IMG/VR virus record: IMGVR_UViG_3300025723_001543 | Coordinates: 29,307 to 93,306 of that record | Length of the DNA stretch: 64,000 nucleotides | Reading direction: 5' to 3' (one strand) | DNA from: a virus | Lineage: Duplodnaviria; Heunggongvirae; Uroviricota; Caudoviricetes | Shown here: positions 61,345-64,000 of the stretch, piece by piece | How the letters are laid out: every line of letters begins with the position of its first letter | Numbering within the stretch: position 1 is the stretch's first letter | Notes under the pieces: generated by a model | Database searches by the model: none | Seen by the model: the letters and a program-made list of their open reading frames with translations, nothing else | What the model was told of the DNA's origin: nothing | Position numbers and translations under genes: made by a program

Positions 61345-64000
61345 TTACCTCATCAAAGCAATTGCTCTTACATCATTCATTGTAGGAAGAACAACAGGGT
61401 TATTACCAATAAGAACTATTTTAATAGCAAAAGTATTATATCCTGTATACATTTCTTGTCTAGAATCATAATATGTTAATATTTTAGTTGGATTAGTTGA
61501 TTCTGAATCAAGATACGCATTTGCAGAAAATTCATTGACGCTTGTTGCTCCAACAGGAACATTATATAGATATTCTCTAGCATCAGTCAAATCTTGTGGA
61601 GAACTATAACTTTCAGAATTTTGATTTGTAAGGCGTGTCCATGATTTACTGTTAAAGTTATCAGTATCATGTGTATTTAAAAATTTACCATATACTAAAA
61701 TATCAGTTCCATATGGTCTATATCCTGTGATATAAACATTCAAATCTTCAGATTCTTGATTTAAAGTAATAGGCTTTGAAATATATTTATTTAAAGCTTT
61801 ACCATATCTTGTATCTTCACCAGTTATATCTTGACTTATTATATTTGTAATATAATTTATTGTTTTTGCACTTAGATCAACAACTGGAGAAATATAATCA
61901 TCAGTCGTTGAAAGTGCCATATCAAATATAACTGAACCATTGATGTTGCCATCTTTAATTTCGTTAGAATAACTTCTTAAAACTCTTTCATAATCATGAA
62001 ATTCTAATAAATTTTCATTTATTGGTGATGTATAATTAGAATCCAAGTTATGAGTATTGCTTGTTCCTTCAAACTTAAGTTTTACTGTAGTATTGATTGG
62101 CTCAAGATAATTAAATTTTGGAACTATACTGTGATAAGGAATATCATCAATTGATAACAATGTACAATTGGCAACAAGATTTGTTCCTATTAACTGAGCT
62201 GTATTTCCAATTTCTGCAACCCTGTAAATAACAAGATTTGGATAATTAGAAACATCAAATAGCCCATTTGATTTTTCAAGATATACTTTTTTATTCAATT
62301 CGTCTACAGCTTCTACAACACCAAAAGGATACTGAGATGCATCTGATAAAACACTACCACTTGAATTGGCTGCATATACAACGTCACCAACTATGATTGG
62401 GTTAGCAGTATTTGCTCTTAAGAGATAACTCAAAGACAAGAAATCATCTGATTCATTCTTAAATGTAATATTTCCATGAGTAGAATTAAATTTTGCTCTA
62501 TACGCATTAAATTTAATATCAGAAGATTGAACCGCAGTCCATGATTTAAAATTACTGGAAACAAATAAATTGCCAGCAAATGGTTGTTGAGTAACACTCT
62601 CACCTGTTAAAATATCGTTTCCTCCAAGATCAGAATAAAATATTTCGTAATCTGGATTATTACCATCTGGTCTAATCACAAATGCATATGATTTATTGCC
62701 TTCAATTAACACAGGAGTATCGAGAGTGAAAATTGTTTCTGCACTAGCATCTTCACTTGTAGTAATATATTGTGGGAGTAAATGCCCACTACCTAAAATT
62801 TGATTACTATCAGGCATACCAACAGTTGTTCCTAGAATAATACAAGAAACGCCCATTGTGTTACTCTTGGAATGAAAATAAACACCAATCTGTGTTAAAT
62901 AAATTCCCGGTAAAGTATCTTTTTTCTGATCTGATAAGTCTGCAACGGTAAAAGTTTCGGCAATTGGATCGCCACCACAACCACCACCGCCACAATTATT
63001 AGAACCGCTATCACTTTCACCATTATTTCCCTGCGGTGATGGGTCAGGATTATAAGGAACAACAGGTCCAGTATCCCCAGGAACAATAATTGGGCCAGTA
63101 TCACCAGCAGGAGGAGTAATAATAGGAGGAACAACAACAGGCGGTGGAGCTACATAAGTAGTTGTATCCCATGTGCCTGTAACAGGTGTAGAATATGTAG
63201 TTGGTGAAAAATTAGGCTGTATTACATTAAATTTTACTGAATTTTGTGTTACAGAAAGAGCAGAAGAAGTATAAACAGCTTCTGTTCTTGTTACTACAGC
63301 ATCATCTGCAGCAATATTATTAACATTAGTAAGAATCATAGTTCTATCACCAGCTCTAAATTTACCTGGTGGCAATAAAAATATAAAATATACATTTCCA
63401 TACATATCGGAATATATTGCGTCCTCATAATTACCTACTTGAGTTAATATCTCGTCTTCTTTTTGTTCGATTATAAGATTTGTAATTTTTGTGCTGTCAA
63501 TAGCACCATCTGTCTGATATGATCCAGACACATATGCTGGAGCGCATTGATTTGTTACAGGAACTTTATCAAAATAAACATAAAGTCTTGTGTTTGGACG
63601 CATACCTGTTGCAACACAAGAAATTCTTCTACTTCTCATATATGGAAGTGTTCCAACATTTGTTATATAATTTCCTAAGTCTTGAGCAACTGTAGGTGTT
63701 CCAGCTGTAACAGAAAGATCAGTCACAGTAGTAGTTGTTGTTTGAGCCCAATGATTTGTAGTCTGAGACCCAGTTCCTTGCCAAGCAACAGTATCAGAAC
63801 CTGTCAAAATTGCATTACCAACAACCGTATCAATATTTTTTGCAATTCCAGTAGAAATTAAATCTGCAAACCCTTTTGTTAGGTCTATATTTACTTGTTG
63901 TGCATCATTAGTTGTTGTTACATTTCTATTATCAAAATTAGGATATAACTTAAGAATTCCATCCCATTTATAGAAAAATTCTGTGCAATTTCTATAATTA
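61345..64000 (-). CDS. Large DUF4815/VrlC-like virion (baseplate-associated) protein, C-terminal part; frame open to the window edge
   Basis: PYMRSR, GMRPNT..Y.YFD, DPIAETF, G.LF.S.N..W...Q..D.KF..YRA.F, KYISK...L; no stop codon between 63807 and 64000 in this frame. Confidence 0.85.
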   Translation of the reverse strand, partial: NYRNCTEFFYKWDGILKLYPNFDNRNVTTTNDAQQVNIDLTKGFADLISTGIAKNIDTVVGNAILTGSDTVAWQGTGSQTTNHWAQTTTTTVTDLSVTAGTPTVAQDLGNYITNVGTLPYMRSRRISCVATGMRPNTRLYVYFDKVPVTNQCAPAYVSGSYQTDGAIDSTKITNLIIEQKEDEILTQVGNYEDAIYSDMYGNVYFIFLLPPGKFRAGDRTMILTNVNNIAADDAVVTRTEAVYTSSALSVTQNSVKFNVIQPNFSPTTYSTPVTGTWDTTTYVAPPPVVVPPIITPPAGDTGPIIVPGDTGPVVPYNPDPSPQGNNGESDSGSNNCGGGGCGGDPIAETFTVADLSDQKKDTLPGIYLTQIGVYFHSKSNTMGVSCIILGTTVGMPDSNQILGSGHLLPQYITTSEDASAETIFTLDTPVLIEGNKSYAFVIRPDGNNPDYEIFYSDLGGNDILTGESVTQQPFAGNLFVSSNFKSWTAVQSSDIKFNAYRAKFNSTHGNITFKNESDDFLSLSYLLRANTANPIIVGDVVYAANSSGSVLSDASQYPFGVVEAVDELNKKVYLEKSNGLFDVSNYPNLVIYRVAEIGNTAQLIGTNLVANCTLLSIDDIPYHSIVPKFNYLEPINTTVKLKFEGTSNTHNLDSNYTSPINENLLEFHDYERVLRSYSNEIKDGNINGSVIFDMALSTTDDYISPVVDLSAKTINYITNIISQDITGEDTRYGKALNKYISKPITLNQESEDLNVYITGYRPYGTDILVYGKFLNTHDTDNFNSKSWTRLTNQNSESYSSPQDLTDAREYLYNVPVGATSVNEFSANAYLDSESTNPTKILTYYDSRQEMYTGYNTFAIKIVLIGNNPVVLPTMNDVRAIALMR

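Noticed and set aside
1-64000. tRNA/rRNA genes or stop-codon reassignment
   Set aside because: No cloverleaf with TTCRA and CCA features was recognised in the short intergenic gaps. Core genes (nrdB, primase, long fibres) are intact under the standard code, and all three stop codons are used.

Overview
This is a 64-kb slice of a large, AT-rich T4-like myovirus genome. The host is Gram-negative (an i/o-spanin pair is present) and probably GC-rich, perhaps an alphaproteobacterium; that host assignment is inference. From left to right the window holds: a partial rnh; a divergent early host-takeover cluster (1.9-4.4 kb) with repeated terminator/sigma70-promoter cassettes; a nucleotide-metabolism block (glycosyltransferase, glutaredoxin, denA-like nuclease, nrdB, and an nrdA split in two) invaded by three GIY-YIG homing endonucleases; primase gp61; spanins; a truncated AMP-binding enzyme; Dps; and about 40 kb of late structural genes. 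The structural region contains five G-Y-x-G-S repeat fibre proteins, collar/HxH tip proteins, an SGNH esterase, an antisense triple glycosyltransferase, a DUF4214-like protein, an S74-chaperone fibre and a partial DUF4815-type protein. The most notable signals are these. (1) An unannotated 38-aa ORF (2757-2873) aligns without gaps to the ribosome-rescue factor ArfA, and a separate mini release-factor domain carries TGQ in place of GGQ (11594-11845); together they suggest phage control of ribosome rescue and termination. (2) nrdA is split at the active site, with charge-complementary new termini. (3) Late-promoter/RBS-hairpin switches sit in front of all four GIY-YIG genes. (4) There is a possible virion-fibre glycosylation system. 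All family assignments come from motif recognition by eye; no database searches were run.
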